Shown: in pieces, positions 17,976 to 24,684 of the stretch
Position numbering within the stretch: the stretch's first letter is position 1
Layout of the letters: each line of letters starts with the position of its first letter
Virus record (IMG/VR): IMGVR_UViG_3300027780_000065
Span: 1 to 24,684 of that record
Length of the DNA: 24,684 nucleotides
Strand: one strand, 5' to 3'
From: a virus
Lineage: Duplodnaviria; Caudoviricetes
The notes under the pieces: generated by a model
The model's input: the letters and a program-made list of their open reading frames with translations, nothing else
The model's database searches: none
What the model was told of the DNA's origin: nothing
Position numbers and translations under genes: made by a program

Positions 17976-18301
17976 AAGACCACCCACGTACTTCCAGAGG
18001 CTACTGTAATTACCCTACCCGATGCCACAGTAATTGGCCCCACGGACGATCCGTTCTCGTTGCCAGTAAAGGTTATGTTTTCATCAATGACCTTGGAGTT
18101 GGTGCGTATCACGCTGTTGGTTCCAAGTGACGGGCCTCCAAGAGCAACGGCAGAGTTGATCTTTGCTGCTGTGACTGAACCATCTGTAATCTTAGCTGTG
18201 GTGACTGCGTTGTCTACAATCTTAGCTGTGGTGACTGAACCATCTTTTAGTTCACTTGTACCAACAGATTCAAATGGACTGACGTTACCTATGTAAGGCA
18301 T
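17972..18301 (-). CDS. Fibre connector-like protein with three 10-aa repeats (109 aa)
   Basis: MPYIGN..., DGSVTTAKIV/DNAVTTAKIT/DGSVTAAKIN repeats, and a GPITVASG..ITV.SGSTWVVL ending. GGAG RBS. Confidence 0.65.
   Translation of the reverse strand: MPYIGNVSPFESVGTSELKDGSVTTAKIVDNAVTTAKITDGSVTAAKINSAVALGGPSLGTNSVIRTNSKVIDENITFTGNENGSSVGPITVASGRVITVASGSTWVVL
18157..18246 (-). repeat. Three ~30-bp coding tandem repeats
   Basis: AATCTTAGCTGTGGTGACTG occurs twice at 30-bp spacing and GTGACTGAACCATCT twice at 60-bp spacing. Confidence 0.8.
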
Positions 18302-18310
18302 ATGCTACTC

Positions 18311-18634
18311 CTATGCAATCTCAAGAATACTAGCGAACACTTCTAAGTCTCCAGCAACTGACGCTGTAAGTCCTAAGATGTCTCCAGCTTCTAAGTTGAT
18401 CGGCTTATCCATTAGTAAGGTAGCGTCTGCTGGTACAGGGACAGTCTTACAGATGTGGCGGTAGGTTGTGCCTCCGTCTACTGTAACCTCAACAGTTACA
18501 TCTGCGTCATTGACACCATCAATATTAGAGATGTACAGTGCGTGAATGACAGACTGTGTAGATGATGGTGCTGTATATAAAGTAGTGCGTGATGTGCCTA
18601 TAGCAACACCAGCATTTTTAAATGTATTAGCCAT
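18311..18634 (-). CDS. Small beta-sandwich virion protein (107 aa)
   Basis: MANTFKNA...TLYTAP...NIDG...VPVPADATL...LEAGD.L...SILEI. GGAGG RBS. Confidence 0.6.
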   Translation of the reverse strand: MANTFKNAGVAIGTSRTTLYTAPSSTQSVIHALYISNIDGVNDADVTVEVTVDGGTTYRHICKTVPVPADATLLMDKPINLEAGDILGLTASVAGDLEVFASILEIA

Positions 18635-18636
18635 TG

Positions 18637-19404
18637 TTAGCCTCCTAGGGCGATAGCCATGGCGACACTTGCACCGATGGGGTCATAAACTGTAGTTAAG
18701 TTATTTATTGCTGTGGTTACTGCACTTGAGGCACTGGAGGCACTTGAGGCTGCGTTAGTAGCCGATGTATTTGCTTCTGATGCTTTAGTGGTTGCTGTTG
18801 ATGCGCTTGTGCTGGCTTCTGAGGCTTTGGTAGTTGCTGTAGAGGCACTTGTGGACGCACCTGAGGCACTAGAGGCTGCTGCGGTAGCTGAGTTAGCTGA
18901 TGCAGTAGCAGAGTTACCAGAGTTAGTGTTTGATGTAGCCGCATTAGTAGCTGATGTACTTGCTTCTGATGCTTTAGTTGTTGCTGTAGTAGCACTGGCT
19001 GCTGCTGCGGTAGCTGAGTTAGCTCCTGCTGTGGCAGAGTTAGCGGATGCTGTAGCACTGTTGGCTGAGTTAGTGGCTTGTGTAGAAGCTGTGGATGCAC
19101 TAGCTGCTGAATTGGTTGCTGATGTAGCTGCTTCTGATGCTTTGGTAGTCGCCACAGTTGCCTGTGCAACGGAAGTGTCTTTACTAGCAGAAGATGCTGT
19201 AGCACTTAAAGCTGATTGAGTTGCCGCATTGGATGCGTTAGTAGCGGAGGTGCTTGATTGCCCTGCGCTAGTGGATGCGTTAGAGGCGCTGTTAGCTGCC
19301 GCTGTCGCTGAATCTGTGGCATTGATTGCCTGTTGTGTTATTTCATTGAGAGTGGAGTCTTGCGTTGAATCACCAGAACCACCTGTACCTCGGTATATCG
19401 CCAT
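18637..19404 (-). CDS. Ala/Ser/Thr-rich coiled-coil fibre (stalk) protein
   Basis: MAIYRG.GG.GD N-terminus, four ATTKASEA repeats and SATASANSAT repeats resembling Stf-like stalks, and a C-terminal AMAIALGG. Confidence 0.75.
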   Translation of the reverse strand: MAIYRGTGGSGDSTQDSTLNEITQQAINATDSATAAANSASNASTSAGQSSTSATNASNAATQSALSATASSASKDTSVAQATVATTKASEAATSATNSAASASTASTQATNSANSATASANSATAGANSATAAAASATTATTKASEASTSATNAATSNTNSGNSATASANSATAAASSASGASTSASTATTKASEASTSASTATTKASEANTSATNAASSASSASSAVTTAINNLTTVYDPIGASVAMAIALGG

Positions 19405-19427
19405 CTTGTTTACACCACTTCAAGAAT

Positions 19428-19462
19428 TAAAAGAAAATAAAAGGGAACCGCAGTTCCCCTTT
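19428..19462 (-). terminator. Rho-independent terminator after the major capsid gene
   Basis: Minus strand reads AAAGGGGAAC-TGCG-GTTCCCTTTT ATTTTCTTTT, just after the capsid stop. Confidence 0.85.
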
Positions 19463-19479
19463 AGTGTTACTAGTGATGT

Positions 19480-20433
19480 TTAGCCGTTTACAGCCATTAC
19501 AAAACCAGTCTCAGGACGTAATACCTGAGTGCCGTACAAGCGATCAGCAGTGTACAAGGTTCCTAAGAACTCTTGCTTGTACTGAGTCTGTGAACGTACA
19601 CCTTGCTGCTCTGCAAGTACCATAGTGTCCTTGTGACACAACACAGCACCACGGATTTGACCGCCAGCAGAGTTCTCAGAAGCAGTCTCAAGAACAGGAG
19701 CGTTAGTAGATACCATAATGTCGATACCATACAACTCACCGATCTTACCATTCACAGTGCCTTGACCATTAACAAAGTCAGAGCTAACGTAACGATCAAT
19801 ACCCATGATAGCATTACGTAGTGAAGGTGGAATAACTAACGAGCGTCCATCCATAGGGGTGTCTGCATCGTCCATCTTCTGTACCATGTCACGGAAGAAA
19901 GCATCGGTAAACAAGTCACCAACAACCATCTGGTCAACAGCGTAAGCCGTAGTACCTGTAGATGCGTCATTGTAGAAGGTAGCAGTAGTAACAAAGTTAG
20001 AACCATCACCATTACCGAAAGACTTACCAAGGGTAAATAGATCATCGTCTACTTGCTTACCTAGGGCATAGCCAGCATCACCAGTATAGAACTGACGTAG
20101 TGAAGCAAGTGCTTGTACGTTAGTAATATCTTCAATCATGCGTGAGTATTCAAAGTGCTTGTTAATGGTGACTAGAACTTCACCCTCTGTAGCGTTCTGA
20201 ATAGTTACTGCTGTGTTTTCAGCCTTAGCTGACGCAACACCACGGGTAGGCTTAGGGATATGAATAGTATCGCCTTTCTTACCTTGCATTGCAATCTTCT
20301 TGACCAGAGGTGCAAGAACTAAAGTTTTCTCATATGCTGCAATTACTTCATCTGACCAAATTTCGGGGATGAATGTTGCTGCTGAGGTGTTATCTACCAT
20401 ACCGCCTGTGGCGGGATATACGGAAGTAGCCAT
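19480..20433 (-). CDS. Major capsid protein (HK97 fold)
   Basis: 317 aa: FIPEIWS.EV...KGDTIHIP...GYALGKQVD.DL...G.IGELYGI.I..STN...D.LYGT.VLRPE. Follows the scaffold gene and precedes a terminator. Confidence 0.92.
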   Translation of the reverse strand: MATSVYPATGGMVDNTSAATFIPEIWSDEVIAAYEKTLVLAPLVKKIAMQGKKGDTIHIPKPTRGVASAKAENTAVTIQNATEGEVLVTINKHFEYSRMIEDITNVQALASLRQFYTGDAGYALGKQVDDDLFTLGKSFGNGDGSNFVTTATFYNDASTGTTAYAVDQMVVGDLFTDAFFRDMVQKMDDADTPMDGRSLVIPPSLRNAIMGIDRYVSSDFVNGQGTVNGKIGELYGIDIMVSTNAPVLETASENSAGGQIRGAVLCHKDTMVLAEQQGVRSQTQYKQEFLGTLYTADRLYGTQVLRPETGFVMAVNG

Positions 20434-20456
20434 TTTAAATTTCTCTCTATATTAGG

Positions 20457-21275
20457 TTATTTGACCCTCTTTTCAGCGTATGCTTTTTGAATATCATCTG
20501 AAAGAGCTAAGTAGCGTTCTGGGTCTGTTTTCATTAGTTTAATAATATCAGCTCGTCTATAGATTTTCTTGGAAGTGCTTGAGTCGGGATTGCCACGTGT
20601 GTAGCCATTCGACCCTTGGTTGACAGCCTGTTGCCTACCTTCTTTCTCAGACTTCAATGTTTGATTGATAGCACCTGAGCGATCTTTCCATAAAGAGAAA
20701 AGTTCATTAGCTGCTTCCATGTCAAAATGTTGGTCTGCCTGTACAAACATACGTGTCCTTACGGGTGAGGCTTGAATCCACTCAGCGAACTTGGGGTCTT
20801 TTACAATCTCAGGTATCTCTGGGTGATCTTTTTGTAGTACAGCCATTGAGGTTTGTTGTTTATAAGCTCTCGTTGACTCTTCTGCTGCCTTTACCGATGG
20901 GTGATTATTAATCGCACGTTCTATTGCTTTCTCAGGGTCAGAATAAAAATCTATGTCTTCATCTGTTTCGCTTGCTCCTTGTGCTGCTGGAGTTTGCGAG
21001 TCGAGTTGTGTGTTGATATAGCTATCGACTACTTTACGTAAGTCACCTACTTCTGAGCTTTGACGACCTAGGAGCTTTTCAGCTTCTTGGTGCATCCTTA
21101 CTACATCTTCAAGTGATTTACCATTGTACTTATCAGGGACTGCCTCAGGTTCATTTGACGCTTGGTTTACCTCTTGCGGAGGTTCCACAGTGCCTTGTGT
21201 ATCTTGAGCCATGTCGTCTAAACTATCAAAACGCTCGGATTGTAATTCCTCGTCTTCGAGGATAACTGCTGCCAT
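20457..21275 (-). CDS. Capsid scaffolding protein
   Basis: Acidic N-terminus, VPDKY.GKS.EDVV.MHQEAEKLLGRQ..EVG.LRK, and basic C-terminal AYAEKRVK. Immediately upstream of the capsid gene. Confidence 0.85.
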   Translation of the reverse strand: MAAVILEDEELQSERFDSLDDMAQDTQGTVEPPQEVNQASNEPEAVPDKYNGKSLEDVVRMHQEAEKLLGRQSSEVGDLRKVVDSYINTQLDSQTPAAQGASETDEDIDFYSDPEKAIERAINNHPSVKAAEESTRAYKQQTSMAVLQKDHPEIPEIVKDPKFAEWIQASPVRTRMFVQADQHFDMEAANELFSLWKDRSGAINQTLKSEKEGRQQAVNQGSNGYTRGNPDSSTSKKIYRRADIIKLMKTDPERYLALSDDIQKAYAEKRVK

Positions 21276-21281
21276 ATTAAA

Positions 21282-21304
21282 CTCCGTACCTTAGTATTGT
21301 GGAG
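21282..21304 (-). promoter_or_regulatory. RNA hairpin occluding the scaffold Shine-Dalgarno
   Basis: mRNA reads CUCC-ACAA-UAC-UAAG-GUA-C-GGAG-UUUAAU-AUG. CUCC can pair with the GGAG RBS and UAC/GUA closes a 4-nt loop. Confidence 0.5.
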
Positions 21305-21332
21305 AGGGATTAAAAATGAAAGCTTCCTAAGA

Positions 21333-21563
21333 TTAGGAGTTAACTTTCTCTGCTTGCACTCTGCCTCGCTCATGGTCTTTAACCCACTTTAGAGTTGCTC
21401 CAGCAAAGTCGCCAGAGAAGGGTTCTAAAGAAGAACGGGGAGAGGAAAGTTGTCTGGTTGCTAAGGCGTCACATGACTTACATTTCTGTGTGTCAGGTGA
21501 GCCTTTAACCATGTGTTCATTTAAGTGACCTAGTGTGCATTTGTAATCGTATACTTTATACAT
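21333..21563 (-). CDS. Zinc-ribbon protein (FmdB-like)
   Basis: YDYKCTLGH...KCKSC...A.R.LS.P gives CxxxH...CxxC. Probable start MYKVYDY at 21563. Confidence 0.75.
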   Translation of the reverse strand: MYKVYDYKCTLGHLNEHMVKGSPDTQKCKSCDALATRQLSSPRSSLEPFSGDFAGATLKWVKDHERGRVQAEKVNS

Positions 21564-21801
21564 CAGCATCTGCACTTAAGGACTCTTGTCCTTGTAGATT
21601 AGTTTCTTCTAGTCTAAGAAGAGTGCCAAGGATATTAAGTTGGCCCTTACGGAAGTAAAGGTCTTCAATAGTCTTGACTTGTTCTACGGAATCAATGTTA
21701 GGAACTTGGAGTTTTAAGTCTTCAATCAGTAAACCCCAACCTTGCATACGGAAGAGGTCATTCATCTGCCTAAAGTAAACTTCTAATTCGTCATCTGTCA
21801 T
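21556..21801 (-). CDS. Conserved small head-module protein (81 aa)
   Basis: LF...GW......L...LYFRKGQL.IL..L..LE helical protein in the portal-scaffold interval. Confidence 0.75.
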   Translation of the reverse strand: MTDDELEVYFRQMNDLFRMQGWGLLIEDLKLQVPNIDSVEQVKTIEDLYFRKGQLNILGTLLRLEETNLQGQESLSADADV

Positions 21802-21812
21802 CTATACTACCT

Positions 21813-21841
21813 ATTATACCATGTTTTTAACAAAAAGTCAA
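21813..21841 (-). promoter_or_regulatory. Sigma70-type promoter with extended -10
   Basis: Minus strand: TTGACT (21841-21836), 17-bp spacer ending TGG, TATAAT (21818-21813). An A-rich UP-like tract lies upstream. Confidence 0.85.
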
Positions 21842-21999
21842 GATTTTTCTTTACTTTTCCTAGGAAGTGTGGTATTAGAGGCCACTGGAGACTCTAATGT
21901 TTCCACCTGCCCCTCTAGTTTGGCTATCCTGCTCAAAAGCTTGCTGTAACTCTGGTTGATTTGCTCCACTACTTGTAGGAGTTCGCGTTGGGATACCAT
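21838..21999 (-). CDS. Small coiled-coil protein (53 aa) overlapping the portal 3' end
   Basis: AAGGA-N7-ATG, reading MVSQRELLQVVEQINQSYSKLLSRIAKLEGQVETLESPVASNTTLPRKSKEKS*, with a heptad pattern. Not in the ORF track. Confidence 0.6.
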   Translation of the reverse strand: MVSQRELLQVVEQINQSYSKLLSRIAKLEGQVETLESPVASNTTLPRKSKEKS

Positions 22000-23926
22000 T
22001 TTGTGTTCCTTGTGATTTATATTCGATTGCTTTATCTTTCAAAATGCGATCCGCAACAGCAAGCCTACGCTCAAATTGCTTATCGTCCTCATTTCCTTCT
22101 TTAATGTTGGCTGTGATGGCCTTAATACGTTCAATCTCAAGCTCCTGTGGGACTGCCTGAGTCTCTGCTGCTAACTTACCTGCTCTAGCATTAGATTCGT
22201 TAGCTTGGCTGCTTAAAGCGGCTGTCTGGGACGCTTGGAACGCCAATTCAGCTTGTCTAGTCTCTTCACCTGCTTTCTGAGCTTCTGGTGTAGGCTGAGA
22301 GGCCTTATCAATCAAGCCTATTAACTCTTCTCTATTGGCAACATTCATATTATCAACAATAGACTTAAGCATGACAGGGTAGTAAGGCGTATCCTTGCCC
22401 ATAGTCTGCAAGAGTTGTACTAACTGGCTGACCTCATACTCACGTGCTATGATACCTAAGGAGCTAGTAGCACAGAACTTGTAATCAGACACAGGGTAAA
22501 GCTCAGGCTCATACTGCATATAACGCCAAGCCGCCTTAGATACGAAAGGTATCAAGAATGACTCTTGGAAGTTAACCAAGGTGCGCTTATGTCGTTTAAT
22601 GATTGCACCTAGGGACATCGAAATGCCAGCAGCAGTTGCCTCACCATTTATAGAGCCTCCAACACCAGAAGAGTCTACGGCACCTGTCGATTGCTGTACC
22701 ATAGTCTGTAGTGCTTGAGCCTGAGCAAAAGTTATTTGGCTTACGTTACCAAAGTTAAACGGATTAATGATTTCCTTTGGGTCGCCATTGGTTAATAGTA
22801 TCTTACCAGCACGAATCTCTGGCTTAGTGCCTCTAGGGATGCGTGTAGCGTCCATAGCAAGCATAGGGTGTACTGTGAGTGCTAGGGCGTCTATACGTGC
22901 TCGTAGCTCTGCGTCTAGTGCTTTCTGGCTGTTGTAACCCTTCTCACATACACCACGGCCCCAGAAGCGGCTAGGTACTACGTCCCAAGGGAATGCAACT
23001 ACAGGACGATCTTTCATCATGTATGGGCTAGGCTCTGCTTTAAGTAGGACAGACTCATTACCAATGATGACTACAGATTCAATGTAGTAGCTTTGTTTTT
23101 CATCATCATCTAGCTCGTAGTCAAGCTCTTTCTCAAGTAGATGCCTAGGCACAAGACCATAATACTTAGTTAATCGTACCTTGTCGTCTTGGTGTACAGT
23201 TAACTCTGAGTCAGGCTCTAGGTCAAAGTCTTCACTAGCGTTACCTAAGTAGCCATCACGATAGACACCAGACTCTTGTAGCTGCTCTACTAAGTGAGAA
23301 CTGACAAACTCGTCAATAGCTACACCTAAGGCTTCCTCTACGTTAGTGGCTACAGGGTCAATACGAAAGTTCTGAGGTAAGATAGGACGTAGGCGTACTA
23401 CAGTGCGCTTACTAATGTTAACACCCACAGCTTCCATAGCGCCACCCATGACTTCCTCAGTCGCAGGTTTCATCTCATTTATTTCTTCTAAGACTACTTC
23501 ACCAATGCCATTACCAAAGACTGCTGAGTTAATTAAACACTCAGACACATCACGCCTAATCTTAGTCATGTCAAAGTCTTCATGTAGCTTCTTACGTAAG
23601 AACATAATGTCCTCAGTCTCTGAGTCGCCCATGTTATCTTTAATGTCAAAGTATTTACCACGACCAAAGGTAGCCTCTTCAATCTCTGCTACGTTAGACT
23701 CTACAGCTTGTTGTAAGGCAGGTGCAATAATCTGACTACGCTCTGCTTGTCGTGTCTTGTCTGAGGCATTCCAAATACCACGCCATAGACGATAGTATTC
23801 CTGATGCTTCTCACTATAGTTATTCTCGTAGTAGTCGCCCCAATCGTCCACTTTAGTGAGTACCCAATCTTCTAAGGATTGCTCAATAATAATTGGGTCT
23901 GTACTTTCGTTGTAATCGTTTTTCAT
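21875..23926 (-). CDS. Portal protein
   Basis: 683 aa following terL: YRLWRG, G.GIGE, F.IDP.AT, RFWGRGVCEK...QKALD...RARIDAL, TAAGISM, and a long Gln/Ala helical barrel as in P22-like portals. Confidence 0.9.
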   Translation of the reverse strand: MKNDYNESTDPIIIEQSLEDWVLTKVDDWGDYYENNYSEKHQEYYRLWRGIWNASDKTRQAERSQIIAPALQQAVESNVAEIEEATFGRGKYFDIKDNMGDSETEDIMFLRKKLHEDFDMTKIRRDVSECLINSAVFGNGIGEVVLEEINEMKPATEEVMGGAMEAVGVNISKRTVVRLRPILPQNFRIDPVATNVEEALGVAIDEFVSSHLVEQLQESGVYRDGYLGNASEDFDLEPDSELTVHQDDKVRLTKYYGLVPRHLLEKELDYELDDDEKQSYYIESVVIIGNESVLLKAEPSPYMMKDRPVVAFPWDVVPSRFWGRGVCEKGYNSQKALDAELRARIDALALTVHPMLAMDATRIPRGTKPEIRAGKILLTNGDPKEIINPFNFGNVSQITFAQAQALQTMVQQSTGAVDSSGVGGSINGEATAAGISMSLGAIIKRHKRTLVNFQESFLIPFVSKAAWRYMQYEPELYPVSDYKFCATSSLGIIAREYEVSQLVQLLQTMGKDTPYYPVMLKSIVDNMNVANREELIGLIDKASQPTPEAQKAGEETRQAELAFQASQTAALSSQANESNARAGKLAAETQAVPQELEIERIKAITANIKEGNEDDKQFERRLAVADRILKDKAIEYKSQGTQNGIPTRTPTSSGANQPELQQAFEQDSQTRGAGGNIRVSSGL

Positions 23927-23930
23927 ATGT

Positions 23931-24684
23931 TTAGTATCCGCTGATTAAATCTAATGTTTCAAAGTCATCTTGTTCTTCAAAGTTGCCTATGTAAGCTACT
24001 TTAGCAAGTTGATCTACATAGGCTAGACTGTCTATTAGGTCATCATGTGTTAAGGGGTCAGGAAACTGGAATAGCTCGTCACAGAAGCGTGAATGCCAAT
24101 CCTTCTTCTTCTTGTTAAGAGTTATACGACCATGCTCAAAACGTCCCTGTAAGGCCCACATAACCCTGTCAGTCTTCTTCTGGTTACCATGGGTTAGTTC
24201 CTCAACTCTAAAGAAGAATGACTGTCTCTTCATCATATCCATTAACGGAGACATAACAGCTTGTTTTGATATTCCTTTCTCAATACCAACGGATAAAGGT
24301 TTATAATCTTTTACTGCTTGGAATATTTTAGTTGCTGTTTCATCTAAAGTCCACCTGCCATAGATCATGTCCTCAACGAACCAACCCTCTTCATTGACAA
24401 AAACAATGGCTAAGGAAGAGTTATCCAATCGGCTAGTCTTACCTTTCTTCTTACTAACATCTTGGAAGCCAGCTAAGTCAATGGCTATGTAGTAGTCTCC
24501 ATCACTTGTAGGCTTAGTGCCAAATTGGAGCCATTCCTCTTTAAACATCTCAGAACCTTGGTTCTTAAAGGAGGCCATAAACTCTTGTTGGAAAGCATGG
24601 GTTGACATACTCTTCTTAGCTACGTCTATTTCCTCAGGGTCTAAAGTTTCATTGTCGTAGCTTGTGAAGTGCCAAGCACTAAAG
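23931..24684 (-). CDS. terL: Terminase large subunit, C-terminal nuclease half (5'-truncated)
   Basis: Frame is open to the window edge (FSAWHFTSYDN...EEID.AKKSMS...FQQEFMASF). RNase H-like motifs YIAIDLAG, VGIE and FP...HDDLIDSLAY. Confidence 0.93.
   Translation of the reverse strand, partial: FSAWHFTSYDNETLDPEEIDVAKKSMSTHAFQQEFMASFKNQGSEMFKEEWLQFGTKPTSDGDYYIAIDLAGFQDVSKKKGKTSRLDNSSLAIVFVNEEGWFVEDMIYGRWTLDETATKIFQAVKDYKPLSVGIEKGISKQAVMSPLMDMMKRQSFFFRVEELTHGNQKKTDRVMWALQGRFEHGRITLNKKKKDWHSRFCDELFQFPDPLTHDDLIDSLAYVDQLAKVAYIGNFEEQDDFETLDLISGY

Noticed and set aside
13157-18301. Diversity-generating retroelement or invertase shufflon acting on the fibre array
   Set aside because: No reverse transcriptase or recombinase in the window, all cassettes are co-oriented, and no TR/VR pair or inverted crossover sites were seen by eye.
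18713-19483. ORFs 18713-19219 (+), 19229-19483 (+) and 18717-19205 (-)
   Set aside because: Stop-free alternative frames produced by the repetitive Ala/Ser/Thr codons of the stalk gene; no RBS or independent signal.
19404-19500. T7-like capsid frameshift or read-through extension
   Set aside because: No evident slippery site at the capsid 3' end, and a terminator follows the TAA.
1991-24306. Remaining short plus-strand ORFs inside the structural arm and nested minus ORFs 15115-15375, 19563-19751, 19836-20045
   Set aside because: They overlap well-supported genes, lack convincing RBS or coupling, and show no protein motifs.

Overview
A 24.7-kb fragment of a tailed dsDNA phage with podovirus-type organisation, probably lytic and of marine type. 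The taxonomy is inferred: portal, ~80-aa protein, scaffold and 317-aa capsid follow a LUZ24/PaP3-like order. Two arms converge on a bidirectional intrinsic terminator at 1552-1590. The + arm ends with a class I ribonucleotide reductase locus: the nrdA 3' end, a 32-bp tandem repeat, an unlisted 47-aa Cys/His ORF, nrdB and a small ORF. The - arm is the morphogenesis module. In order it carries terL (partial), portal, an overlapping 53-aa ORF, a consensus sigma70 promoter, an 81-aa protein, a Zn-ribbon protein, scaffold, major capsid and a terminator. After these come about 13 short fibre, tip and chaperone-like genes, small basic and membrane proteins, a holin, tail adaptor and nozzle, a short fibre and four probable ejection proteins. 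The most notable items are the mosaic array of small fibre-tip/chaperone cassettes and an RBS-sequestering hairpin between the Zn-ribbon and scaffold genes. Also notable are the hidden ORFs, the repeat between nrdA and nrdB and an apparent absence of CCGG. All calls come from motif recognition by eye; no database searches were run.
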